Positions 1-9,373 are shown, counted from the first letter of the stretch. The stretch is DNA of 32,000 bases from Promethearchaeota archaeon (GCA_030606485.1 JAUWGH010000006.1:180001-212000), one strand, 5' to 3'. The notes: a model not told the origin generated them from the sequence alone. Numbers and translations: made by a program.

Positions 1-1158
1 GATAACCAAGGCATTAATTCCATAATAACCCCCTTCTCGACGAACTCCTGTTTTTAATTCATCATCATCCACAATCGCGCAAATAAGAAGATCATTGAAT
101 GTAATTGCACCAGAAAGCCCTATTCCTAAGATAAAAAAAGCTATATAAGCCATAATTGTATCAGAAATGAACATGAGCGGAAAAAGTGTAATAATAAAAG
201 TTGCAGCAGATATTATTGCTGCTCTTTTGACCCCAGCTTTAACAGCAACGTAACGCCATAAAACAGTAAATATTGCTGCAGAAAGGAATGCTACGCCCAA
301 AAGCAAACCTAATTCAAATGCGTCTTTTTCAATATCCAAAACAAATCTTCCAAAAAGTGGCACCATTGTCGGCAACATTCCAAAAACATACCATGTTGCT
401 AATCCATAAATAACATATGCTCGAAAAGACTTGTTCTTCAAAGAAATTTTTAATGATTTAAAAAATGGTGGGGCTGTTTTAGCGTCTTCAGAAAATTCTA
501 CTCTTTCTCTAATTCCAAATTTTATGAAAATTATTCCTACAATGGCCATCAAAATCGCTATAACAATACCAGCAGAGATATATTCACTTAAATAAACCTC
601 TGTTGGTAATCCTGAAACATTCATATTCGGAATTAAAAATGTTGGTAAAATAAAAGCAAAAATTAAACAAAATACAGTAACAATTTGCCTAATCATTTGA
701 GCTTTTGCTCTATGTTCTATATTTTGGAAAATTTCAGGAAATAGCGATATATTGTTTAACGAAAACATTGTATAAAAAGTGTCGAATAAACAAATTATAA
801 CGAGAAAATATATAAAAGAGCTAACAACATTATCCGTAGGCGGAGTGAATAGCAATATCATAATAATACATAATGGACCCAGACCAGCGACAATATAGGG
901 TTTTCTTTTTCCCCACCTTGTTTTTGTACGATCTGATAGAGCGCCCATTAATGGATCATTAATAGCATTCCAGATACTCCAAATAATGAAACCGATGGTA
1001 ATTGGAAGTACTTCTTTTATTACTACAGTAAAATAGAAGGTAAAAATTAAAAATGTAAACGTCTGGTATGATAATTGGTCAGGGAACTGTCCGATATTAT
1101 ATGCTATCGCAAATTTAGTCGAAAATTTCTCATCTTTCTCTATATTGTTTTTACTCAT
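1..1158 (-). CDS. MFS transporter, glycoside-pentoside-hexuronide (MelB/MFS_2) family; 3' end runs off the window
   Basis: Not in the ORF track; translated by hand from ATG at 1158: MSKNNIEKDEKFSTKFAIAYNIGQFPDQLSYQTF...WNAINDPLMGALSDRTKTRWGKRKPYI. The NDPLMG-x2-SDRT-x-TRWGKRKP motif is the GPH-family signature, followed by successive hydrophobic helices. Confidence 0.9.
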   Translation of the reverse strand, partial: MSKNNIEKDEKFSTKFAIAYNIGQFPDQLSYQTFTFLIFTFYFTVVIKEVLPITIGFIIWSIWNAINDPLMGALSDRTKTRWGKRKPYIVAGLGPLCIIMILLFTPPTDNVVSSFIYFLVIICLFDTFYTMFSLNNISLFPEIFQNIEHRAKAQMIRQIVTVFCLIFAFILPTFLIPNMNVSGLPTEVYLSEYISAGIVIAILMAIVGIIFIKFGIRERVEFSEDAKTAPPFFKSLKISLKNKSFRAYVIYGLATWYVFGMLPTMVPLFGRFVLDIEKDAFELGLLLGVAFLSAAIFTVLWRYVAVKAGVKRAAIISAATFIITLFPLMFISDTIMAYIAFFILGIGLSGAITFNDLLICAIVDDDELKTGVRREGGYYGINALVI

Positions 1159-1184
1159 TTTTTATCATTTTTTATCAATTTTTT
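1155..1184. repeat. 10-bp tandem repeat x3 (TCATTTTTTA, TCATTTTTTA, TCAATTTTTT) spanning the MFS start codon
   Basis: Seen directly: units start at 1155, 1165 and 1175. Confidence 0.7.
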
Positions 1185-1323
1185 TTTAATTAAAAATTGT
1201 TAAATTTAATTTTAATTCATTTTTTTTATATTTATGCAATGATATTGTTGTGATTCTTTATATAATGTATAATCTAATATACAAATTGAAAACTTTTTTT
1301 TTGAAAAAAAAAGAGGACATATC

Positions 1324-3384
1324 TTGACTAAAAAAATTCAACTCTATATAATCTTAACAATTGCTATAATTGCTTATTTTCTTATCGAATCTTTTTATAA
1401 CACATGTTTATCTCTTAGTTGGATGGTGTTTTCAAAATTAGATGAGCTTGAACTTATCCTTCCTTGGTTGTTGATATCTATTATTGTTATTTCTATCGAA
1501 ATCATAATATTATGCTTTAATATTATTAAAGAGAATTGTAAAATATATTGTCTTTTATATATTATTATTGGACTCCGCCTATTTACTCAATTTTTTATTA
1601 GTGCTGAAATTTCTATGGTATTCAATTTAATCTTATTATTTTCCATATTGATTTTCTTTTTAGAACTTTTTTTCTTAAACGGGAAAGTAGAATTCTTAAA
1701 TGACTACCAACTGATAATTGGTGGGATAATTTTAGGAATTGGCATTCAATTTATATTTTTAATTATTAATATTTCCTCAAATTTAAGCACAGAATTTTTC
1801 AAATTACCTTTTACTTTTGGTTTCGCCGCTTTATTATTTTATACTAATTATTTAATATTTCGACCAAAAAATTTGGATAATGGAACAATTAAGATTGAAA
1901 ACCAAAATAATTTAACATCTCGTAAGCAAATTGGCTTATTGCATTTCTTTTTAACTGGTGTATTATTTATCTTAGCCATCACTTGGATAATAAATCCTAT
2001 GGCTTTATCATCCTATGATATATTAAATATGAGTTATAACGGATTAACACCAAACCTAATATTGCAATGGAACTCCTATGGATTTAATTATTATATTTTT
2101 GTTATTCAAATTACCGGAACGATTAGTTTCTTTTTGATTCAAAAGATATTTTTGAAAACCAATAAAAATTCCTTGAAATTAACACTTCTTATTTCAAATG
2201 GTATTCTATGCGCTCTTAATTGTTTTGCTCTTTTCATAATTGAACAAGATAACACTATTTTTTCAACGATTTATTTGACTATCTTGACCATTATAAGCAT
2301 TTTTTCAATTCTTTTATATATTTCATATTTAATTCATCATTATTCATGGCCCTCACGATATAAAACATATCTTGGTTTTGGTATTTTTGTTTTTAGCGTA
2401 TTACTTTCAATAATGATTGAATACTTACTCTGTTGGAGGTTTTACTTTTCTTTACCTTTATCAATTATGATTTTCTCCCTGATGTATTTTGGATTCTTTT
2501 CAATTGTTGAATTAAGGAAATACAGTGAAACTCTAAGAATAAAACCACATATTACTAATTTAAATAAATTTTGGGGAATCTTGTTTTCGATTATGTTTAT
2601 TTTAATTCTTATTTCTTTTGGATTTGTAGTAATCACTCGCAAAATAGAACCAGAACCCAGCGGAAATCCAACATTAATGACTTGGAATATCCATAATGCT
2701 GTTGGAATGGATGATAAATTTGATATTGACCGTATTATACATGAGATAAAATTAAATGATCCTGATATCCTAGCATTAAATGAGGTAGATTTAGGGTCGA
2801 TACAAACGTCCTTTGCAGATATTACTTCATACATCGCTCATAAGTTAAATATGTACTTCTACTATGGACCAACATTTTTTAAACACTATGGAAATGCTAT
2901 ACTTAGTAAATATCCCTTCTTGGAGGCTGAAACATTTCCTATTCCTCGTGTAGTTGCTGGTTCAGAACCAAGAGCAGTAATACGAGCAAAATTTCTGATA
3001 AATTCCCAGATTTGGACAATCTATGTTACTCATTTATCAACTAAACATCAGGATCGTCTTGCTCAAGTATCTTACAACTATTCAGATTCAATTGTCTCAA
3101 TAATTGCTGATAATAACTTCGAACGAGTCGTGTGGATGGGGGATTTTAATTTTGGTCCAACATCCGAGGAATATTCCATATTAAATTTAAGTGAATCAAT
3201 TAAATTTATTGATACACACCAATTTTTAGCTACAATTCCAGAATACACTGGAAGCTTTGATGATAATTACCAACCAACTCGTAGAATTGATTATATTATG
3301 TGTTCTCCAGATTTAATCCCAACGGAAAGTGAAGTAATTTGCTCTATTGGTTCAGATCATTGTGCTGTATTAACTAAATTTTAA
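1324..3384 (+). CDS. Polytopic membrane protein with C-terminal endonuclease/exonuclease/phosphatase (EEP) domain; Cwh43/PGAP2IP-like architecture
   Basis: About 435 aa of repeated TM segments, then EEP motifs TWNIH, LNEVD, YGNAILSKYP, VTHLS, MGDFN, RIDYI, SDH. TTG start. Confidence 0.85.
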   Translation: MTKKIQLYIILTIAIIAYFLIESFYNTCLSLSWMVFSKLDELELILPWLLISIIVISIEIIILCFNIIKENCKIYCLLYIIIGLRLFTQFFISAEISMVFNLILLFSILIFFLELFFLNGKVEFLNDYQLIIGGIILGIGIQFIFLIINISSNLSTEFFKLPFTFGFAALLFYTNYLIFRPKNLDNGTIKIENQNNLTSRKQIGLLHFFLTGVLFILAITWIINPMALSSYDILNMSYNGLTPNLILQWNSYGFNYYIFVIQITGTISFFLIQKIFLKTNKNSLKLTLLISNGILCALNCFALFIIEQDNTIFSTIYLTILTIISIFSILLYISYLIHHYSWPSRYKTYLGFGIFVFSVLLSIMIEYLLCWRFYFSLPLSIMIFSLMYFGFFSIVELRKYSETLRIKPHITNLNKFWGILFSIMFILILISFGFVVITRKIEPEPSGNPTLMTWNIHNAVGMDDKFDIDRIIHEIKLNDPDILALNEVDLGSIQTSFADITSYIAHKLNMYFYYGPTFFKHYGNAILSKYPFLEAETFPIPRVVAGSEPRAVIRAKFLINSQIWTIYVTHLSTKHQDRLAQVSYNYSDSIVSIIADNNFERVVWMGDFNFGPTSEEYSILNLSESIKFIDTHQFLATIPEYTGSFDDNYQPTRRIDYIMCSPDLIPTESEVICSIGSDHCAVLTKF

Positions 3385-3395
3385 TTTTTTTTTTT
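3385..3395 (+). terminator. Oligo-T (T11) archaeal-type terminator
   Basis: T11 run immediately after the TAA of the EEP gene. Confidence 0.5.
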
Positions 3396-3456
3396 CCCAA
3401 CCTAATTTTTTCCTAATAAAAATAGATTTTTATAGAGAAATTAGGACTATAACATT

Positions 3457-3816
3457 ATGATTGAATTTCCAGAAAAAATTCTTGATGAGTTAGTAAATTT
3501 AAAATCTGAATTAGAAAAAATTGAGAGTAAGTTAGACAGTATAATTGAGAATGTTAAATCTTCAAGTGCTAAAAGTCCCAGTGTTACACCAACCACTGAA
3601 ACTGTTGAGATGAGAAAACCTTCTCAAGTTGTTGAGGAGCAAGAAGCTAAAGAAAAAGTTGAAGAAAAACCAGTTGAAGGAAGGATTAGATGCCCCCAGT
3701 GTGATTCACTACAATTTTCTGAAGTTGAGAATAGAAATAAAGTGTTATACTATCAAAGTGGCGCACCAATATACGCTAAGAAAAAGGTTTGCCGAAAATG
3801 TGGAGAAGAATTTTAA
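3457..3816 (+). CDS. Hypothetical protein: N-terminal coiled coil, S/T/P/E linker, C-terminal Zn ribbon
   Basis: Heptad segment ILDELVNLKSELEKIESKLDSII; CPQC...CRKC four-Cys motif. Confidence 0.75.
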   Translation: MIEFPEKILDELVNLKSELEKIESKLDSIIENVKSSSAKSPSVTPTTETVEMRKPSQVVEEQEAKEKVEEKPVEGRIRCPQCDSLQFSEVENRNKVLYYQSGAPIYAKKKVCRKCGEEF

Positions 3817-5652
3817 GAAAAAATCTTTTTATTTTATTTCTCTTTTAAACTATACTTCAAATCTCAGAAAAAAAAGAATTTTTAGCAGTGTTTTGAGTTT
3901 TTATTGTATCAACTGTTCGTTGAAATTTTATAAAAATCTTTAAAAGCCCATAAAAATCAAAAAATCATACCTCTTGCTGTTTTTAAAATTTTATAAAATT
4001 AATTAACACTAATACCTTTATTTCTTTATTTGCGTTATAAATTCAGAGCGATTGTTGGGAACTGGAGTTATTAAAAGAAGAGTTAGAAAATTCTAAATTT
4101 AAATAAAAGTATTTTAAAGAATTATAAAATGATTCAGACCATAAAATTTCGCTTGCATCCGACACCTTCACAAGAGATCAAATTGCACGAGATTTTCACA
4201 ATTTACAATAAAACAAAGCATATTGGATACAAACTTTTATTTGGACTGAAAGATATCAAAATTCCCAAACGGGAGAAGAGGAATATTGTCCAACCGCAAT
4301 AAATGGATATCTGTCGAAATAACCCTTACGTTAATAGCATTTTAATTGAAAACGAAACGACTCTTGCCCAACAGCAAACTTGGAACGAGAAGCGTAAGAA
4401 ATACATGAAGAACCAAATTGACACCATAACCGAGAAAATTGAACAAATAAAACAGAAGATAAGAAGGATAAAAGATTAAAAGGGCTTTATTCGAGGCTTT
4501 CTTCCGTTCAAAATAAACTAAATTTATTGAAGATCAAACCAGTAGTATTTGGTACAAAACAATTATTCTATAAGAGAACCTTAAAAAGGGTCCATCGTGA
4601 CGAGTTTAAAATCAAAAGGGACTCATCTTTTTGCTGTATTGGAAAAAAACAAGGTGTGAATTTAAACCTTAAGGAGCTTCCCGACAAAACTCTGAAGGTT
4701 CGTACATTCTTAAAAGAAAAGGAAAAGAAGTGGCTCATGATACCATTTACCGTTAATTGCACACAAGAGAGACGATTTAACGAAATACTTCATGCTGAGA
4801 AATACACTGTAATCGTTTTGAGAAGAGTTAAAAAAGGAACAATAAAATATTTTGCCCATGTGTCCTATAAGATTCCAGAATTAGATATAGAATGCGGTTT
4901 TGGAAATGGAACAATTGGGCTCGACTTAAATTATAACTTCGCTTCGCTCTGTAATATTGGAAAAACCGGCAATTTCAAGAGTTATCATGAAATTCAATTC
5001 AGGAATTTGCACTCATATCGAAAGAATAAGCGTGCAGATTATATCAGCTATAAAATGGATAAAGTTTTGAACTATTGTATCAATAAAAAAAAAGGATTGG
5101 TGATTGAAAACTTATCCTTTGAACAAGAGTTTTCTTACAATAAAAAGCTCAATAGAAAATTGAGCAATTTCAAATCAACCGCATTGGACTTACTAGAAAG
5201 AAAATGCCTGAAAAAAGGCGTTGCCATAAGAAAGGTGCACCCCGCATACACCTCTCTTATTGGAAAATATAAATATTCACGCTCATATAACTTATCAACT
5301 CACGTATTGGCGAGTTATGTGATCGCTCGAAGAGGTTTAGGATTTAAGGAATCTGTTCCTGCCGTTTATAAGCGGTTGCTCTCACAAGTCGGGGGCTTCA
5401 TAAAACCCCGTTTGAAAAAGGGCAGTCCCTACTATGAATGGTCGCAAGTCCACGACTTCTTCAAGTATAGAGGGATAACTTCCTTCAAGACTTCCGAAGT
5501 AATGCGAAAAGTATTACAAATGAAGTATGTCTTGAACTCGGTGACGAGCGCACAGCCCGATAACCTTAAGGCTGGTCTTTCCAATAGCGGAAAGATTGAT
5601 GATTGGAATAAATTTTGGAATTTTATAGAAATTACCAATTTTTTATAAATAA
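3817..5652 (+). mobile_element. Degenerate non-autonomous TnpB-only element; ends approximate
   Basis: tnpB pseudogene with no intact TnpA; about 310 bp non-coding upstream; tnpB stop only 4 nt from the convergent host gene stop. Element ends could not be defined. Confidence 0.5.
4129..5648 (+). pseudogene. tnpB: TnpB-related RuvC nuclease (IS200/IS605/IS607 accessory protein), disrupted by an in-frame TAA and a -1 frameshift
   Basis: ATG 4129 gives MIQTIKFRLHPTPSQEIKLHEIF (typical TnpB N-terminus). TAA at 4300-4302, after which the same frame continues MDICRNNPYVNSIL. The frame shifts between 4443 and 4476 into the 4527-5648 ORF (EDKKDKRLKGLYSRLSSVQNKLNLLKIKP). RuvC-I IGLDLN, RuvC-II VIENL, then VHPAYTSLIG and HVLASYVIARRGLG. 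Repaired length about 506 aa. Confidence 0.85.
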
Positions 5653-6033
5653 TTAGAAGGTTGGCATATCTCTACTTGCTATAACATTAACTTCCAAATT
5701 ATGAATATTTTCAACTAAAATATCACCTACTTTAATTGGTGCCTTGACCTTAATACTTGAGAGTTCTTTAATTATTTCAAATACCGATTCTTTTGGGATT
5801 GGTTTCTCAGTTCTTACTGGAATAATGGATAGAAATCCATCCTCAACTCTCATGGTAGCTGTAACAATTCTTTTTGGTTCAAAAAGTTCCTCCTTTGCAT
5901 ATTCCTCTCCTCTTTTACACCCAAAACCTATAATCTTAACCTCTCCATCAACGTTCTCGGCTGTGATCTCACAACCAGTTGGACATACTATACATCTAAT
6001 AACCTTTTTATCTTTTTTGCTACTCTCTGACAT
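5653..6033 (-). CDS. DUF1667-family small Cys protein (third subunit of the G3PDH-type cluster)
   Basis: CIVCPTGC...GFGCKRGEEYA...PKRIVTAT...PVRTEKPIPK...APIKVGD pattern; 3 nt downstream of the oxidoreductase gene. Confidence 0.85.
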   Translation of the reverse strand: MSESSKKDKKVIRCIVCPTGCEITAENVDGEVKIIGFGCKRGEEYAKEELFEPKRIVTATMRVEDGFLSIIPVRTEKPIPKESVFEIIKELSSIKVKAPIKVGDILVENIHNLEVNVIASRDMPTF

Positions 6034-6036
6034 TTA

Positions 6037-7338
6037 TTATCCCACCTCATCTAAAACTTCCAATAATGACACAGGTAACACCTCAATTTTTAATTCCCTA
6101 CAATTTGGAGAAATAACTTCTGGTTTAAACTTGGTCCTGACTTCGATCATTTCGCTTGGAATTACAAATGATCTTACTCTTTGATAAACAATTTTATTTA
6201 CTTCTTTAATTACAATAATTACATCTCTATCGGGTTCTTTAACTCTTAAATGAAAATGTAAGAGATTTTCTAAATTGGAAAAATTCACATAATCAGGTTT
6301 TACATATCCAACATTTATCCCTGGGATTATCTTAATATGATCCTTTTTAATTTGGTCCTTACCATACCTTTCTTTCACGTAAATAGCAGCATTTTTGCCA
6401 GCTCTCTTAGCTTCTTCAGAAACATTATCAACGAGATCATGAACTTGAAGAACATTACCGCATGCAAAAATTCCGTCCATAATAGTCTCTAAATTATCAT
6501 CTACTATGGGACCTCCGTTATTAGATAATTCCGCCCCTGCTTTGGTTGTTAATTCATTTTCTGGTACTAACCCAACTGATAAAAGTATTGAATCGCATTC
6601 AATATATTCATCTGACCCTACAATCTGATCCCAGTTTTGATCTACACTGGAAATTGTAATACCTTCAACTCTATCTTTACCATGAATTTTTGTTATCGTA
6701 TGATTTAAAATTAGAGGTATATTATAATCTTCCAAACATTGAACTTGATTTCTTATTAATCCACTTACATATGACTTAATTTCCACAACTGCTTTAACCT
6801 CACAACCCAACCAAGTTAATCTCCTTGCCATTATCATACCAATATCTCCTGACCCCAAAATTACATATGTTTTTCCGGGAATATATCCTTCAATATTCAC
6901 AAACCTTTGAGCTTGTCCCGCAGTATAAATTCCAGCTGGTCGAAAACCTGGAATATTGATAGCTCCTCTTGTCTTTTCTCTGCATCCCATAGATAAAATA
7001 ATTGCTTTAGCCTTAATTTTTAAAAGACCCTCTTTTTTATTTACTGCATAAATTTCTTTGTCTTCAGTAATTTCTATTACCATGGTATCAAGTTTATATG
7101 GAATTTTTAATTCCTTCGCTTCATTAATAAACCTTTGAATATATTCAGGTCCTGTAAGATCTTCTTTAAATATTTTAAGACCAAAACCATTGTGAATACA
7201 TTGTAATGTGATACCACCGAGCTCATCATTTCTTTCTAATATCAATACATCCATACCCTGTTTTTTAGCTTCAATTGCTGCTCCCAACCCTGCAGACCCT
7301 GCCCCAATAACTGCAATATCTACATCTAATGATTTCAC
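6037..7338 (-). CDS. NAD(P)/FAD-dependent (pyridine nucleotide-disulfide family) oxidoreductase
   Basis: IGAGSAG FAD site, GGITLQCIHNGFG, MGCRE, ILGSGDIG, IFACGN-x-L-x-VHD; start overlaps the upstream stop (7335-7338). Confidence 0.9.
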   Translation of the reverse strand: MKSLDVDIAVIGAGSAGLGAAIEAKKQGMDVLILERNDELGGITLQCIHNGFGLKIFKEDLTGPEYIQRFINEAKELKIPYKLDTMVIEITEDKEIYAVNKKEGLLKIKAKAIILSMGCREKTRGAINIPGFRPAGIYTAGQAQRFVNIEGYIPGKTYVILGSGDIGMIMARRLTWLGCEVKAVVEIKSYVSGLIRNQVQCLEDYNIPLILNHTITKIHGKDRVEGITISSVDQNWDQIVGSDEYIECDSILLSVGLVPENELTTKAGAELSNNGGPIVDDNLETIMDGIFACGNVLQVHDLVDNVSEEAKRAGKNAAIYVKERYGKDQIKKDHIKIIPGINVGYVKPDYVNFSNLENLLHFHLRVKEPDRDVIIVIKEVNKIVYQRVRSFVIPSEMIEVRTKFKPEVISPNCRELKIEVLPVSLLEVLDEVG

Positions 7339-8819
7339 TTTTCTGCAACCTCCTCAGATTCCTTGCTATCTTCTGTTAACTCTATGCATAGCACTTTATT
7401 TACTAAATAATGCGAACCCTTTCCTCTTTTAGTTACTTCATCATAAGGAATATTTAATTCTCGAGATAAAATTTCCATTACCCTCGGCATGCAAAAGCCA
7501 CCTTGACACCGTCCCATTCCGGCGCGACATCTAAACTTAACTCCATCGATTGTTGTTGCTCCTACAGGTCTACGGATTGAATCAACAATTTCTGCTTCAG
7601 GAATGGTCTCACACCTGCATATAATTCGTCCCCATGCAGGATTTTCCTTAATTTTTTGGTTAAGTTTCATTTTAGTAAAATCCGAAAGATGCTCTGGTTT
7701 TGGTCTATATGGGTTATAATTCTCTTTTCCCTTCAATTCTTCACCTAAATCTTCGACTAAAATTCTTACAACTTCTTCTGCAATTGCAAATATGGCTGTA
7801 AGTCCCGGAGATAAAATTCCCGCAACATTTACAAAACCAACCATCTCTGTCGCTTCTATGATGAAATCCATTGTATTTGAAACCGCACGTAATCCCGCAA
7901 AATTACGGATTGCTGCATTTAATGGTAAATTAGGAACAAGCTTTAACCCCCCTGATATTATCTCCTTAAGCCCTCTAGTTGTTGTAGATACATCCTCAAT
8001 ATCTAAAATATTATCTGCATTTGGACCAATAAATACATGACCATGAATTGTTGGTGAAACCAAAATTCCCTTAGATAACCTTGTTGGCATCGGAAATAGA
8101 ACTTTATTGAGATGAATTGAACTTTTATCAAATAGAATATACTCCCCCCGTCGTGGATATATCTCAAAAGTATCAACCCCAGCCATTCGTGAAATTTCAG
8201 CGGAATATAGACCTGCTGCATTAATTACAATCCTAGAAGTAAATTTCTTGAGTTTTGTTTCTACTTCAAAACCTGCAACTATTTTATTTATACCAATAAT
8301 TTCATGCTCTCTAAAAAATTCAACTCCGTTCATATTCGCATTTTCGGCTAATGCAAATGTAAATTCGTAAGGACTTATAATTCCTCCACTTGGGGCATGA
8401 AGAACGGCTATTACTTTATCCGTTAATTGAGGCTCCATTTGCTTAATCCGATTTTTATCGATAATAATTTCTAAACCTGGAACACCATCTTCTGTACCAT
8501 AATTTCTTATATATACCAAATCTTTAATTTGTCTTTCTTCAAGTGCAACTACTAATGTCCCTGTCCTTTTAAATGGAAAATTTAATTCCTTATGCGCCTG
8601 ATCGAACAATTTATTCCCGCGAATGCAAAATTCCCTCTTTTTATATTTTCGATCAGCTGCATAACCCGCATGAACAACACCAGAATTACCTTTAGTCGTT
8701 CCTGATGCTATATCGGCTTCTTTCTCTAAAAGACAAATCTTTAAATCATAACGAGATAGAGTTCTAGCTATACAACACCCAGTAACTCCCCCTCCAATAA
8801 TAATTACATCATAATCCAT
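7335..8819 (-). CDS. FAD-dependent oxidoreductase (DAO fold) with C-terminal BFD-like [2Fe-2S] domain; glycerol-3-phosphate dehydrogenase GlpA/LhgO-like
   Basis: IIGGGVTG, GTTKGNSGVVHAG, RRGEY, GILVSPT, AGILSPGLTA; C-terminal ICRCE...VKFRCRAGMGRCQGGFC. Confidence 0.88.
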   Translation of the reverse strand: MDYDVIIIGGGVTGCCIARTLSRYDLKICLLEKEADIASGTTKGNSGVVHAGYAADRKYKKREFCIRGNKLFDQAHKELNFPFKRTGTLVVALEERQIKDLVYIRNYGTEDGVPGLEIIIDKNRIKQMEPQLTDKVIAVLHAPSGGIISPYEFTFALAENANMNGVEFFREHEIIGINKIVAGFEVETKLKKFTSRIVINAAGLYSAEISRMAGVDTFEIYPRRGEYILFDKSSIHLNKVLFPMPTRLSKGILVSPTIHGHVFIGPNADNILDIEDVSTTTRGLKEIISGGLKLVPNLPLNAAIRNFAGLRAVSNTMDFIIEATEMVGFVNVAGILSPGLTAIFAIAEEVVRILVEDLGEELKGKENYNPYRPKPEHLSDFTKMKLNQKIKENPAWGRIICRCETIPEAEIVDSIRRPVGATTIDGVKFRCRAGMGRCQGGFCMPRVMEILSRELNIPYDEVTKRGKGSHYLVNKVLCIELTEDSKESEEVAEK

Positions 8820-9022
8820 TAAATTCAGTTCCGAAAAGATATTTTTACAAAATCAAATTCATAGATGATAATCTTAATTAAAATAAATAAAAGCAATTAA
8901 AAACTCTTTACTTTAATTGGGATTCCCTAAGAAGTTAATTATAATTAAACCTTAATAAAAATTTACTTAATAACATTAAAAAAACATTTGAATGTCGAGA
9001 TCGAATAGGTTTAAAGCCAAAT

Positions 9023-9373
9023 TTAAAATAATATTAAAATTAACATTGTTATATTAAAAATACACCACAATATGATTAAGGCTTTAACTAAAGGATTGAA
9101 TAATATCCAAGTCCTCTTTTTTACAATATTGTAATATAAAATCTGATTTCTTAAAATCCCCATGAATGAATTTGATGTCTTAATATGGTCTTTTTTACTA
9201 AAATTACTCCCCAAAAATCTTGGACTCGATAAATTCTTGATGAAATTATCAATATCTATTGTAGATGATAAATCAATATCCCTAGAAACCCTTGATTCAT
9301 TAAGGTCTTTAACAATTCCCAACTTATCAAAAATTCTTTTGTTCCTAATGTAAAAATCTTCAAAAATTCTCAT
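9023..9373 (-). CDS. Hypothetical protein with a single C-terminal TM segment
   Basis: 116-aa ORF; hydrophobic C-terminus LVKALIILWCIFNITMLILILF; no recognised motif. Confidence 0.55.
   Translation of the reverse strand: MRIFEDFYIRNKRIFDKLGIVKDLNESRVSRDIDLSSTIDIDNFIKNLSSPRFLGSNFSKKDHIKTSNSFMGILRNQILYYNIVKKRTWILFNPLVKALIILWCIFNITMLILILF

Noticed and set aside
4300-4302. Recoding (Sec/Pyl readthrough) of the in-frame stop in tnpB
   Set aside because: The codon is TAA, not TGA or TAG. A TTA-to-TAA point mutation explains it, and there is also a frameshift.
4443-4476. Programmed -1 frameshift in tnpB
   Set aside because: No X-XXY-YYZ slippery heptamer or clear downstream structure; loss of one A from a short A run is simpler.
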